Origin: Eubacteriales Family XIII. Incertae Sedis bacterium
GTDB taxonomy: Bacteria > Bacillota > Clostridia > Peptostreptococcales > Anaerovoracaceae
DNA length: 64,000 bases
Direction of reading: 5' to 3'
NCBI GenBank assembly: GCA_031272485.1
Contig: JAISTV010000017.1
Coordinates: 4,385 to 68,384, forward strand
Shown: positions 9,385 to 17,942 of the stretch, one piece after another
Layout of the letters: each line of letters starts with the position of its first letter
Position numbering within the stretch: the stretch's first letter is position 1
Position numbers and translations under genes: made by a program
Notes under the pieces: model-generated
Seen by the model: only the letters and a program-made list of their open reading frames with translations
The model's database searches: none
Told to the model about the DNA's origin: nothing

Positions 9385-10602
9385 CTACTCGAGCGTTAAG
9401 ATGCCCAGTTCCACCTTCATGCGCAGCACGCGGAAGACGGCTGCGTCTACCTCTTCCATGGTCAGCTCGCCGCTCTCAATCTTCCCGAGCAGGTACGGAA
9501 TCTGCGTGTCGTAGTGCGAGGTCATGACCATGTCGTTGCCTGCCTTGATTGCGAGGTACGCGGCCTCCTGCTGCGAGGTGAAGTCCGTGAGTCCGGCCAT
9601 GTCCATGTCGTCCGTCATGACCACGCCGTCGAACCCCAGCTCGTTGCGAAGAATCGCATGCACGGCCGGCGAGAGGGACGCGGGCAAATCCGCGTCCAGC
9701 GACGTTACGATATTGTGCGATACGAGTACGGCGTTTGCGCCGGCGTCTATGCCGGCGGAGAAAGACGCGAGGTCGGCCTCCACTTGCCACCACTCCCTGT
9801 AATCGTAGACGATCTGCGTGTGCGAGTCGGCGTTGTCGCCATAGCCTGGGAAGTGCTTGAGGCAGGAGCCGAGGCGGGCGTCCTTGAAGGCGGTGACTAC
9901 GGTGCGCACATACTCGCCCGTGCCGTCCGCGTCAAGGCCTATGGTCCGGTCGTAGATGAAGCTCGAGGGGTCCTGCGAGACGTCGGCCACCGGCGCGAGG
10001 TTCGTGTTGATGCCCAGCGAGAGCAGAAGCTGCGCCTTCTCCTGCGCGTCGGCCTGCACGCTCTCCCAGCCACCCGCGGCAAGCAGGTCCTGCGGGGCGG
10101 GGAAGGGCTGCGCGCGCAGGTTGGTGTTTAAGCTGACGCGGTTCACCGTCCCGCCTTCCTCGTCGGTGGCGATAATCATGGGGGTCTTGCCCGCGCTTTG
10201 CCACAGGGCTATCTTTCCCGACAGGCTGGAAGCGGTCTCGCCTGTCACGTCCTGGCCGAACAGCACGAAGCCGCCCACCTGCCAGGTTGTGACGGTGTAA
10301 AGTTCGCTGCCGGTGGGACAGCGGACTATGAAAAGCTGGCCGACCTTCTGTTCGGTTGTCAGGGTGTCCATGTAGGCGCGAATCTGCGCGTCGCGCAGTT
10401 CGGTATCCGTGGGGCCGGCGTCCGGCTCCGGTTCCTCGCCGCCTTGCGAGACGGCCGCGTCCGTAGTGGCCGTGTCCGCCGCGGGGTCCTTCCCCGCATC
10501 CTCGCGCCAGGCGTGCGCGACGATAGCCAAAGAGACCGCCACGATCAAAACGACCGAAACGACAGCCAGCATAGCAATCCGAACCCGAACCGATTTCATC
10601 AA
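9385..10602 (-). CDS. glycoside hydrolase family 3 N-terminal-domain protein (beta-N-acetylhexosaminidase-like), membrane-anchored
   Basis: N-terminal TM helix; KVGQLF, KHFPGYG and GFDGVVMTDD motifs typical of the GH3/NagZ family. Ends 17 nt upstream of the vWA/lectin gene on the same strand. Confidence 0.85.
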   Translation of the reverse strand: MMKSVRVRIAMLAVVSVVLIVAVSLAIVAHAWREDAGKDPAADTATTDAAVSQGGEEPEPDAGPTDTELRDAQIRAYMDTLTTEQKVGQLFIVRCPTGSELYTVTTWQVGGFVLFGQDVTGETASSLSGKIALWQSAGKTPMIIATDEEGGTVNRVSLNTNLRAQPFPAPQDLLAAGGWESVQADAQEKAQLLLSLGINTNLAPVADVSQDPSSFIYDRTIGLDADGTGEYVRTVVTAFKDARLGSCLKHFPGYGDNADSHTQIVYDYREWWQVEADLASFSAGIDAGANAVLVSHNIVTSLDADLPASLSPAVHAILRNELGFDGVVMTDDMDMAGLTDFTSQQEAAYLAIKAGNDMVMTSHYDTQIPYLLGKIESGELTMEEVDAAVFRVLRMKVELGILTLE

Positions 10603-10661
10603 AAGTCCCCGATGTCTCTAAATTCAAAATACCGCCCCCATTATACCGCAGGATTCCCCGC

Positions 10662-10700
10662 CGCGCACGCATGCCCGCCCGGCGCGCACGCATGCCCGCC
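10662..10700. repeat. two tandem copies of GCGCACGCATGCCCGCCC, 21-bp period
   Basis: Identical 18-mers at 10662-10679 and 10683-10700. A further GCATGC follows at 10715. Confidence 0.9.
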
Positions 10701-10714
10701 CCGTGCGGGTAGGT

Positions 10715-10922
10715 GCATGCACGATTTTTCAGGTATGGTGCAGCGCCGGCCGGTCGTAACGTCTTCGCGTGCACGATTTTTGCGTTTCGGGGCGGGGGTT
10801 TTCCTCATGTAACCCTTTACAGAGCCTTTTCCCTGCACCCTACTTGAAAAATCGTGCACGTCGGCACGGTGCAGACGCCTTTTTCGCGCCGGCGGCCGGA
10901 CCGAAACGCAAAAATCGTGCAC
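10715..10922. repeat. dispersed intergenic repeat element, copy 1 (interleaved inverted repeats on a GTGCACGATTTTT core)
   Basis: About 80% identical by eye to 53699-53906, in the same orientation. Arms are A 10715-10743, B 10769-10790, A' 10833-10860 and B' 10901-10922. No element-encoded protein is evident. Confidence 0.85.
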
Positions 10923-10930
10923 GGCCAGCG

Positions 10931-10939
10931 TGCTATAAT
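10931..10939 (+). promoter_or_regulatory. extended -10 promoter element (TGcTATAAT)
   Basis: TG at 10931-10932 and TATAAT at 10934-10939, about 40 nt upstream of ATG 10981. It directly abuts the right end of the repeat element. Confidence 0.55.
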
Positions 10940-10980
10940 GAAATCAGTTGGTGAACGCAGGGGATTTTCGGGAGAATGAT

Positions 10981-12057
10981 ATGGCGGAGAATCATGTGCT
11001 GATAGTTGTGGATATGCAGGAGGACTTCGTGACCGGGGCGCTGGGTTCGGCGGCGGCGGAGGCTATCGTGCCCTATGTGAATGAGAAGATTGCCTGGCAT
11101 GTAAACGGCGGGCGCGGTCCGCTCATCTTTACCAAGGACACACACGGGGCGGATTACCTTGAGACCCAGGAGGGGCGCAACCTTCCGGTGCCGCACTGCG
11201 TGAAAGGCACCGCGGGCTGGGAGGTCGTGGAGCCTCTGCGTGGCTGGGAAGCTTCGCAGTGCCGGGTGTTTGAGAAACCGGCTTTCGGGTCGGCGGTCCT
11301 GGCGGAAACGCTGGCCGAAGAGAATAAGAAGGAAGCCATCACTTCCATTACGCTCACAGGGCTTTGTACGGACATTTGCGTGATATCCAACGCCATGGTG
11401 CTCAAGGCGTTTCTGCCGGAGGTGCCGGTGGCGGTGGACCTGCTGTGCTGCGCGGGGGTGAGCCGCGAGAGTGCGGCGACGGCGCTGGCGGCCATGCGGG
11501 CGTGCCAGATCGAGACGCACATGGAGACGCCCCGGTTGCTGCTGCGGCCGTGGCGGGCGGCGGACGCGGAGGCCTGCTTCAAGTACGCCGGCAATCCGGT
11601 CATAGGGAGTAGCTGCGGGTGGCCGGTGCACAAGGATGTGGCGGACAGCCAGGAGGTGATACGCACAGCGCTCTCGGCGCCGGAGACGTATGCGGTGGTG
11701 CTCAAGGAGACGGGCGAGCCGGTCGGGAGCATTGGGCTGTTAACGGGCGAGGCGGTGCACACGGCGGCGCGCGTGGACGGCGAGGGGGAGATAGGCTTCT
11801 GGGTTGGCGAGCCTTACTGGGGGCAGGGACTTATCCCCGAGGCCGTGCAGTACGCCTTCCTGCGGCATTGCTTCGAGAACGTGGGGCTGGATGCGCTTTG
11901 GTGCGGCTACTTCGAGGGCAACGCCAAGTCGCAGCGCGTGCAGGAAAAGTGCGGTTTCCGCTATCACCATACGGAAGAGGACAAGCTCTGCGTGCCGATA
12001 GGGGAGCTGCGCACAACGCACTTCACGTATCTTTCGCGGGAGGACTGGGATAAGTAG
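10981..12057 (+). CDS. fusion protein: isochorismatase/nicotinamidase-family hydrolase + GNAT (RimJ/RimL-like) N-acetyltransferase
   Basis: N-terminal half has VLIVVDMQEDF and the GLCTDICV catalytic-Cys motif. C-terminal half begins ETPRLLLRPW..GFWVGEPYWGQG. GGGAG RBS lies 8 nt before ATG 10981; the listed start at 10948 would fall at or before the predicted TSS. Confidence 0.8.
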   Translation: MAENHVLIVVDMQEDFVTGALGSAAAEAIVPYVNEKIAWHVNGGRGPLIFTKDTHGADYLETQEGRNLPVPHCVKGTAGWEVVEPLRGWEASQCRVFEKPAFGSAVLAETLAEENKKEAITSITLTGLCTDICVISNAMVLKAFLPEVPVAVDLLCCAGVSRESAATALAAMRACQIETHMETPRLLLRPWRAADAEACFKYAGNPVIGSSCGWPVHKDVADSQEVIRTALSAPETYAVVLKETGEPVGSIGLLTGEAVHTAARVDGEGEIGFWVGEPYWGQGLIPEAVQYAFLRHCFENVGLDALWCGYFEGNAKSQRVQEKCGFRYHHTEEDKLCVPIGELRTTHFTYLSREDWDK

Positions 12058-12095
12058 CGCGCGGCGGCGGAGTTTTCAGAAGAGGAGACAGGTAT

Positions 12096-12650
12096 ATGGC
12101 ACGGCCGCTTTCGGAGATGACGTTAGAAGAACTGTGGCAGCTGTTCCCGATACAGCTACAGGAGCACAGGCCGGAATGGGCGGACTGGTATGCGGAGGAG
12201 CGCGGCAGGCTTGCGGCGGTTCTCGGGGCGCGCGCGGCGCGGATAGACCACATAGGGTCTACGTACGTGGAAGGCCTTCTGGCGAAGCCCATCGTGGACA
12301 TCCTTGTGCAGGTGGCGCCGGACGCAGAGATGGCGGCCGTGAAAGCGGACCTGCTGGCGGACGGGTGGCTGCTTATGGCGGAAAACTCCGCATACGGCGA
12401 GCTGGATTTGAATAAAGGCTACACGCCGGACGGTTTTGCAGAGAGGGTTTTTCACCTCCACGTGCGCCGGGAGGGCGACTGGGATGAACTGCGCTTCCGG
12501 GACTACCTGACGGCCCACCCCGAAGAGGCGGCCGCCTATGCCGCGCTGAAACGCGAACTGCTCGGTAAATACGAGCACAACCGCGACGCGTACACACAGG
12601 CCAAGACGGACTTCATAAAATCCTGCGTAGCGAAGGCAAGGGGCGTCTAA
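12096..12650 (+). CDS. GrpB family protein
   Basis: IDHIGSTYVEGLLAKPIVDI and FHLHV..RFRDYL..AY..LK pattern of GrpB/UPF0157; GAGGAG RBS. Confidence 0.8.
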   Translation: MARPLSEMTLEELWQLFPIQLQEHRPEWADWYAEERGRLAAVLGARAARIDHIGSTYVEGLLAKPIVDILVQVAPDAEMAAVKADLLADGWLLMAENSAYGELDLNKGYTPDGFAERVFHLHVRREGDWDELRFRDYLTAHPEEAAAYAALKRELLGKYEHNRDAYTQAKTDFIKSCVAKARGV

Positions 12651-12766
12651 ACTTTCCAAGGAACAAGATAACGAAAGATTGCGGTGGGCGGGGGTTGCTT
12701 TTCCTTGAAAATGCTTGCATTAGATGTGGTGGTGTGGTAGGATATGCTTTGGTAATAAGGTATCGT

Positions 12767-12798
12767 CATAAGAGTGGGGCTCCCGCTCTTATGTTTTT
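12767..12798 (+). terminator. intrinsic terminator inside the rimP-nusA-infB leader (putative attenuator)
   Basis: CATAAGAGTGGG-gct-CCCGCTCTTATG (12 bp including one T-G wobble) followed by T5. It ends 17 nt before the rimP ATG. A TTGCAT-17-TAGGAT promoter-like site lies about 40 nt upstream. Confidence 0.7.
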
Positions 12799-12814
12799 AC
12801 GGGAATCAAATTAG

Positions 12815-13267
12815 ATGAAGATTGTGGATGAGGTTCGGGTGATTCTGGAGCCGTTTCTTTTGGAGAGCGGGTATGAGCTCTGGTTTTGCGAGTTTGTTAA
12901 GGCTGGCGCGGAGTATAACCTGAATGTGTATATAGATAAGGAAGGCGGCATCTCCACGGATGACTGTGAGAAGGTGAGCCGGTACCTGGAGGCGGCGCTG
13001 GACGAGCGGGATTTGATTTCGCAGAACTACTACCTGATAGTCAGCTCGCCGGGCCTCGACAGGCCGCTGCTCACGGATGCGCACTTCGAACGCTACGCGG
13101 GGCAGCCGGTAGACGTGGCGCTGTACAAGGGGTTTGACGGGCGGAAGAAGTTCGCGGGCGAGCTCATTGGCAGAAACGAGGAGGCGCTTGCGATCCTGGT
13201 GGACGGCGAGGCGGTTCGCATACCGCGCGAGCTCGTGAGCAAGGTGCGGCTGCAGGTGGTGTTTTAA
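12815..13267 (+). CDS. rimP: ribosome maturation factor RimP
   Basis: L.VYID...GI..DDC..VSR.L...LD.....Y.L.VSSPGLDRPL pattern; first gene of the nusA-infB operon. Confidence 0.9.
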   Translation: MKIVDEVRVILEPFLLESGYELWFCEFVKAGAEYNLNVYIDKEGGISTDDCEKVSRYLEAALDERDLISQNYYLIVSSPGLDRPLLTDAHFERYAGQPVDVALYKGFDGRKKFAGELIGRNEEALAILVDGEAVRIPRELVSKVRLQVVF

Positions 13268-13349
13268 GCGGAGGCGCTTCGCGCGTATTTCAGATAAGTT
13301 GCGGCGGGCGCGGCCCGCGGAAGTAAGTAAAACAGGAGGAAACGTTAAG

Positions 13350-14693
13350 ATGGACATGAAGGAATTCGTCGCCGCGTTGGACGATCTCGAGAGAGAGAAG
13401 AACATCCCGAAGGCGCAGTTAATCGACTCGGTCGAGAAGGCGCTCGTGGCGGCGTATAAGGGGCGGAACCGGAATTCCGAGGAGAATGTCATAGTCAACA
13501 TTGACCCCGAATCCGGCCAGCTGGATATGTGGGTGCGCAAATACGTCGTGGAAGAGGTGGAAGACCCGAGCACGGAGGTGGCGCTTGAAGAGGTGCGGCA
13601 GTTCGACCCGGACTATCAGGTGGGCGAGGCCGTGGACTATCCGGTGCCGCTCGATACCCTCGGGCGCATAGCGGCGCAGACCACCAAGCAGGTTGTGGTG
13701 CAGACCCTACGCGACATAGAGCGCGGCATGGTCTTCGACGAGTTTTCCGGCCGGCAGGGCGAGATTGTGAACGGGACCATCCAGCGCGTGAGCAACGATA
13801 CCGTTTTCGTGAACCTCGGCCGCACGGAGGGCATTATGTCCCCGGGCGAGCAGATTCGCGGAGAGAGGTACGAGACCCCCAAAGACGAGAAGGCCAAAAG
13901 GATGAAGTTCTTCATCACGGACGTGCGCAAGTCCCAGAAGGGCCCGCAGGTCTTCCTGTCCCGCTCGCATCCTGGGCTTGTCAAGCGTCTGTTTGAGCTG
14001 GAGGTGCCGGAGATCAACGACGGTACGGTGGTCATAGAGAACGTGGCCCGCGAGGCCGGCAGCCGCACTAAGATGGCCGTCTCCACCACCGACGAGACCG
14101 TGGATCCCGTGGGCGCCTGCGTGGGCAACCGCGGGGCGCGCGTGAACGCCGTGGTCGAAGAGTTGACCGGCGAGAAGATAGACATAGTCCCCTGGACCGA
14201 TGACCTGGAAGAGAACATCTCCGCCGCGCTTAACCCGGCCAAGACCGAGAAGATTGTCATCCTCGAGGGCGAGAAAGCCGCTACGGCCGTGGTGCCCGAC
14301 TACCAGCTCTCCCTCGCCATAGGCAAGGAGGGCCAGAACGTGCGCCTCGCCGCCAAGCTCTGCGGCATGAAGATAGACATAAAGAGCCACAGCCAGTACT
14401 TTGGCAGCGAGGTGGAGTCCACGCTCGCCGGCGCCCTGGACGAAGAGGGCTACCTGGATGTGGACGCTTTCCTCGCGGAGGAGGATGCCCTGGAGGGAAA
14501 GGGCGCTGACGCGCCTGCCCCTGAGGAAGTCGCTTCGGACGAGGATACAGCCGCGCCGGAGCCCCCGGCATCCGACGAGGGTGCGGAAGCGCCGGAAGAG
14601 CCCGCGGACGAATCGGCCGAAGAGCCCGCTGAAGAGCCCGCTGAAGAGCCGGCTGAAGAGCCCGCCGAATCCCCCGCGGAGGAAGAGGCGTAA
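13350..14693 (+). CDS. nusA: transcription termination/antitermination factor NusA with acidic repetitive C-terminal tail
   Basis: AGGAGG RBS before ATG 13350. S1 and KH-domain motifs are present (VNGTIQRV; DPVGACVG.RG.RV; LAIGKEGQNVRLA). The C-terminus has (EEPA)n encoded by short tandem repeats near 14620-14680. Confidence 0.93.
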   Translation: MDMKEFVAALDDLEREKNIPKAQLIDSVEKALVAAYKGRNRNSEENVIVNIDPESGQLDMWVRKYVVEEVEDPSTEVALEEVRQFDPDYQVGEAVDYPVPLDTLGRIAAQTTKQVVVQTLRDIERGMVFDEFSGRQGEIVNGTIQRVSNDTVFVNLGRTEGIMSPGEQIRGERYETPKDEKAKRMKFFITDVRKSQKGPQVFLSRSHPGLVKRLFELEVPEINDGTVVIENVAREAGSRTKMAVSTTDETVDPVGACVGNRGARVNAVVEELTGEKIDIVPWTDDLEENISAALNPAKTEKIVILEGEKAATAVVPDYQLSLAIGKEGQNVRLAAKLCGMKIDIKSHSQYFGSEVESTLAGALDEEGYLDVDAFLAEEDALEGKGADAPAPEEVASDEDTAAPEPPASDEGAEAPEEPADESAEEPAEEPAEEPAEEPAESPAEEEA

Positions 14694-14698
14694 GCGAT

Positions 14699-14974
14699 AT
14701 GAAGACGCGGAAGGTCCCCCTGCGCCGTTGCGTGGGCTGTATGGAGTCCAAGCCTAAGGGCGAACTGCTCCGCGTGGTGGAGCGGGATGGCAAGCCGGTC
14801 ATAGACCCCGGCGGGAAGGCCAACGGTCGCGGCGTGTATCTTTGCCGCGATGAGGCGTGCCTGGCGAAGGCCGAGAAGAAGAAGGCCCTCGCACGCGGAC
14901 TGAAGATACAGGGGCTTACCCCCGAAGATGCGGAAGTGTTCCGGGATGCTTTCCGGGAAGAGATAAAGCAGTAA
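14699..14974 (+). CDS. ylxR: YlxR/RnpM family (DUF448) RNA-binding protein
   Basis: PLRRCVGC...K.ELLRVV....GRG.Y.C motif; canonical position between nusA and infB. Confidence 0.88.
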   Translation: MKTRKVPLRRCVGCMESKPKGELLRVVERDGKPVIDPGGKANGRGVYLCRDEACLAKAEKKKALARGLKIQGLTPEDAEVFRDAFREEIKQ

Positions 14975-14998
14975 GACAGCGCAAAAGGAGCAGCATAT

Positions 14999-17941
14999 AT
15001 GAAGATATTCGAAGTGGCACAAGAACTCAGACTGCAGAACAAGGATGTTTTGGCGAAGGCGGAAGAGCTGGGCATAGACGCGAAAAACATCCGGGTCGAA
15101 CTTTCGGACGAGGACGCGCAGACTCTGAGAAACGCTCTGAAGGGCGGCGGCGCAGCGCCGGCCGGCCCTGTGCGCGCGAAAAAACCGGAAGCACCGGCCA
15201 AGGGAAAGCCGGCCGATAAGCCCGCCCCGAAGACGGGCAAGGCACAGGCGCCCGCGGATAAGCCGAAGAAGGACGAAAAGGCCGCTGCGCCGAAAAAAGC
15301 TCCCGGCGGCAAGAAACCCGCACCCGCGAAAACCGAGGAGGCGGCTGCGCCGGAAGTGCCGTTCGTCCCGCGCCGCGTGACCAAGGAGGAACTCAAGCAG
15401 GAGGAGAAGGCCAAAGGCATAGACGGCGAGGCGGCAGCGGAAGGCGAGGAGACGGCAGAGGGCAAGGCCGGCAAGAAGCCGCAGGAGCCCAAGAAGAAGC
15501 CGGAACTGTCGGTTGCCAGACCGGAGAAGCTGGGTGAAAAAGACGAGCTCGAGATAGAGCTGGAGAAGAAAAAGAAGGCCGAGGAAGAAAAGAAAACCAA
15601 GAAGGTAGAAACGCCGGAGGATACGGCGCCTGCAGAGGAAGGCGCGCCGGCGTCCGCACCGGAGGAAGCGGCGCCGCCGGAACCCAAACCGGAACCCGAA
15701 ACAGCCGAGCCTGCGCAGGAAGCAGAAGCGGCGCCCAGGCCGCCCGTTAAGGAGCCGGCGGGCGAAAAAACCCGCAAGCCGGAAGACGGCGAGAGGCCGC
15801 AAGGCCCGCGGGGCGGCAAGCCGACCAAGACGGAAGGCGGAAGGCCCAAGCCGGAAGGCAAGGACAAGGACAAGCGCCCCGGTAGCAAGGTAGGTCAGGG
15901 CACAGACAAGCAGACCGGCGCCGGCAAGGACGATAAGAAGAAAGGCCCGCGCGGCAAGGACGATAAGAAAAAGGGTCCCGGCCGCAGGGACGAGGGCGGC
16001 AGAAAGCCGCAGCGCGGCAAGGATACCGGCCGCAAGTCGGACGACTTCCGCGGCGGCGCGAAGACGCCCATCCTGGAGGAAGGTCTGCTTGAGAAGCAGG
16101 CCCGCAAGCGCGGCCACAGGCCCAGCAAGCCGCAGGGTCCCACGGTAGAGGAAATCAAGCGCAAGGAGATAGAAGCGGCGGAAGAAGAAGGCGCGAAGAT
16201 CATGACCGTGCCCATTACCGTTGCCGGATTTGCGGAGCAGACCGAGCGGTCCACCTCCGAGATTATCATGACCCTCATGGGCATGGGTATCATGGCGAAT
16301 ATAAACCAGAACCTGGACGAGACCACCGTTCTTCTCCTCGGGGAGGAACTGGGCATATCCATCTATATCGCGGAAGACGAGGGCGAGCTGGTGGAAGAGG
16401 GCATAGAGGACTTCGAGGACGCGGAGGAGGATCTGCTGCCGCGCCCGCCGATAATCACGGTCATGGGACACGTAGACCACGGCAAGACCTCGCTGCTCGA
16501 CGCCATTCGCAAGACGAACGTCACATCCGGCGAGGCGGGCGGGATTACGCAGCACATAGGCGCGTACGAGGCGAAGATAAACGGCGAGAAGATAGTCTTC
16601 CTCGATACGCCGGGCCACGAGGCCTTTACGGCCATGCGCGCACGGGGCGCGCACGTGACGGACATAGCCATTCTGGTTGTAGCCGCGGATGACGGCGTCA
16701 TGCCGCAGACCGTCGAGTCCATCAGCCATGCCAAGGCGGCCGGCGTGCCCATCATTGTCGCCGTGAACAAGATAGACAAGGAAGGCGCCAACATAGACCG
16801 CGTGCTCAAGGAGCTGGCGGACCACGGCGTGCTGGTGGAAGCCTGGGGCGGCGAGACCATTTCCGTGCCGGTGAGCGCCAAGACGGGCGAAGGGATTACC
16901 AGCCTGCTCGAGATGATTCTGCTGCAGGCGGAGGTGCTGGAGCTGAAGGCGAACCCGAACCGGCTCGCGAAGGGCACCGTAATCGAGGCGTACTTGGACA
17001 AGGCGCGCGGCTCGGTGGCCACGCTGCTCGTGCAAAACGGCACGCTGGAAGTGGGCATGAGCGTGGTGGCCGGTACGACGAGCGGCCGCATAAGGGCTAT
17101 GACCGACTACAGCGGCAAGCGGATTCGCAAGGCGGAGCCGTCCACGGCGGTAGAGATTACCGGCCTGTCGGATGTGCCGCAGGCGGGCGACTCGTTTAAC
17201 GCGCTCAAGGACGACCATCAGGCGCGGGCCATAGCGGAGAACCGGCGCACCAAGCAGCGCGACGAGATTATGGCGCGCACGTCGGGCGCCAGCCTCGAGA
17301 CGCTCTTCAGCCGCATAAGCGAAGAGAACATGAAGGAACTGAACATAATCATAAAGGGCGACGTGCAGGGCTCCGTGGGCGCGCTGACGTCCTCGCTCGA
17401 GAAGCTGAGCAACGACGAGGTCAAGGTGCACATAATCCACACGGGCGTGGGCACGGTGAACGAGTCCGACGTCATGCTGGCGGGCACTTCCGACTCGATT
17501 ATCATAGGCTTTAACGTGCGGCCCTCGGCGGCGGTCATGGCCATGGCCGAACGCGACGGGGTGGAGATTCGCACCTACCGCGTGATTTACGACGCCATAG
17601 GCGAGGTGGAAGCGGCCATGAAGGGCATGCTCGATCCGGAGTTCAAGGAAGTGGTCATAGGCCAGGTGGAGATTCGCGAGACGTTCAAGGTGCCCGGCGC
17701 GGGCGTGGTAGGCGGCGCGTATGTCACGGACGGCAAGGTGTCCCGGAACGCGCAGGTCCGCATAGTGCGGGACGGCATCGTGGTGCACGACGGCAAGATC
17801 AGCTCGCTCCGCCGTTTCAAGGACGACGTGCGCGAGGTGGCGGCCGGCTACGAGTGCGGCATAGGCATAGAAAACTACAACGATATAAAACAGGGCGATG
17901 TGGTAGAAGCATTCGTCATGGAGGAAATCAAGCGGGATTAA
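14999..17941 (+). CDS. infB: translation initiation factor IF-2
   Basis: Long K/E/P/A-rich N-terminal region followed by a GTPase domain ([26 protein letters not shown]). Confidence 0.96.
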   Translation: MKIFEVAQELRLQNKDVLAKAEELGIDAKNIRVELSDEDAQTLRNALKGGGAAPAGPVRAKKPEAPAKGKPADKPAPKTGKAQAPADKPKKDEKAAAPKKAPGGKKPAPAKTEEAAAPEVPFVPRRVTKEELKQEEKAKGIDGEAAAEGEETAEGKAGKKPQEPKKKPELSVARPEKLGEKDELEIELEKKKKAEEEKKTKKVETPEDTAPAEEGAPASAPEEAAPPEPKPEPETAEPAQEAEAAPRPPVKEPAGEKTRKPEDGERPQGPRGGKPTKTEGGRPKPEGKDKDKRPGSKVGQGTDKQTGAGKDDKKKGPRGKDDKKKGPGRRDEGGRKPQRGKDTGRKSDDFRGGAKTPILEEGLLEKQARKRGHRPSKPQGPTVEEIKRKEIEAAEEEGAKIMTVPITVAGFAEQTERSTSEIIMTLMGMGIMANINQNLDETTVLLLGEELGISIYIAEDEGELVEEGIEDFEDAEEDLLPRPPIITVMGHVDHGKTSLLDAIRKTNVTSGEAGGITQHIGAYEAKINGEKIVFLDTPGHEAFTAMRARGAHVTDIAILVVAADDGVMPQTVESISHAKAAGVPIIVAVNKIDKEGANIDRVLKELADHGVLVEAWGGETISVPVSAKTGEGITSLLEMILLQAEVLELKANPNRLAKGTVIEAYLDKARGSVATLLVQNGTLEVGMSVVAGTTSGRIRAMTDYSGKRIRKAEPSTAVEITGLSDVPQAGDSFNALKDDHQARAIAENRRTKQRDEIMARTSGASLETLFSRISEENMKELNIIIKGDVQGSVGALTSSLEKLSNDEVKVHIIHTGVGTVNESDVMLAGTSDSIIIGFNVRPSAAVMAMAERDGVEIRTYRVIYDAIGEVEAAMKGMLDPEFKEVVIGQVEIRETFKVPGAGVVGGAYVTDGKVSRNAQVRIVRDGIVVHDGKISSLRRFKDDVREVAAGYECGIGIENYNDIKQGDVVEAFVMEEIKRD

Positions 17942-17942
17942 A

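Noticed and set aside
10641-10922. ORFs inside the two repeat copies (10641-10922 and 53526-53822, minus strand) that share the peptide VKGYMR(K/E)TPAPKRKNRA...TIPEK.
   Set aside because: The shared peptide is simply the translated conserved DNA. The starts and ends differ between copies, copy 2's ORF overlaps the DUF2200 gene, and no RBS is present. They are treated as non-coding.
14450-17788. Very long ORFs antisense to or overlapping real genes. Examples: 1112 aa opposite infB, 1203 aa at 24775-28386 opposite mfd, 750 aa at 44579-46831, 752 aa at 49211-51469, 685 aa at 17928-19985, 554 aa at 34151-35815.
   Set aside because: Their translations are Arg/Ala/Gly/His-rich low-complexity strings with no recognisable motifs. 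Each lies opposite a gene with unambiguous family signatures. Stop-poor alternative frames are expected in GC-rich DNA.
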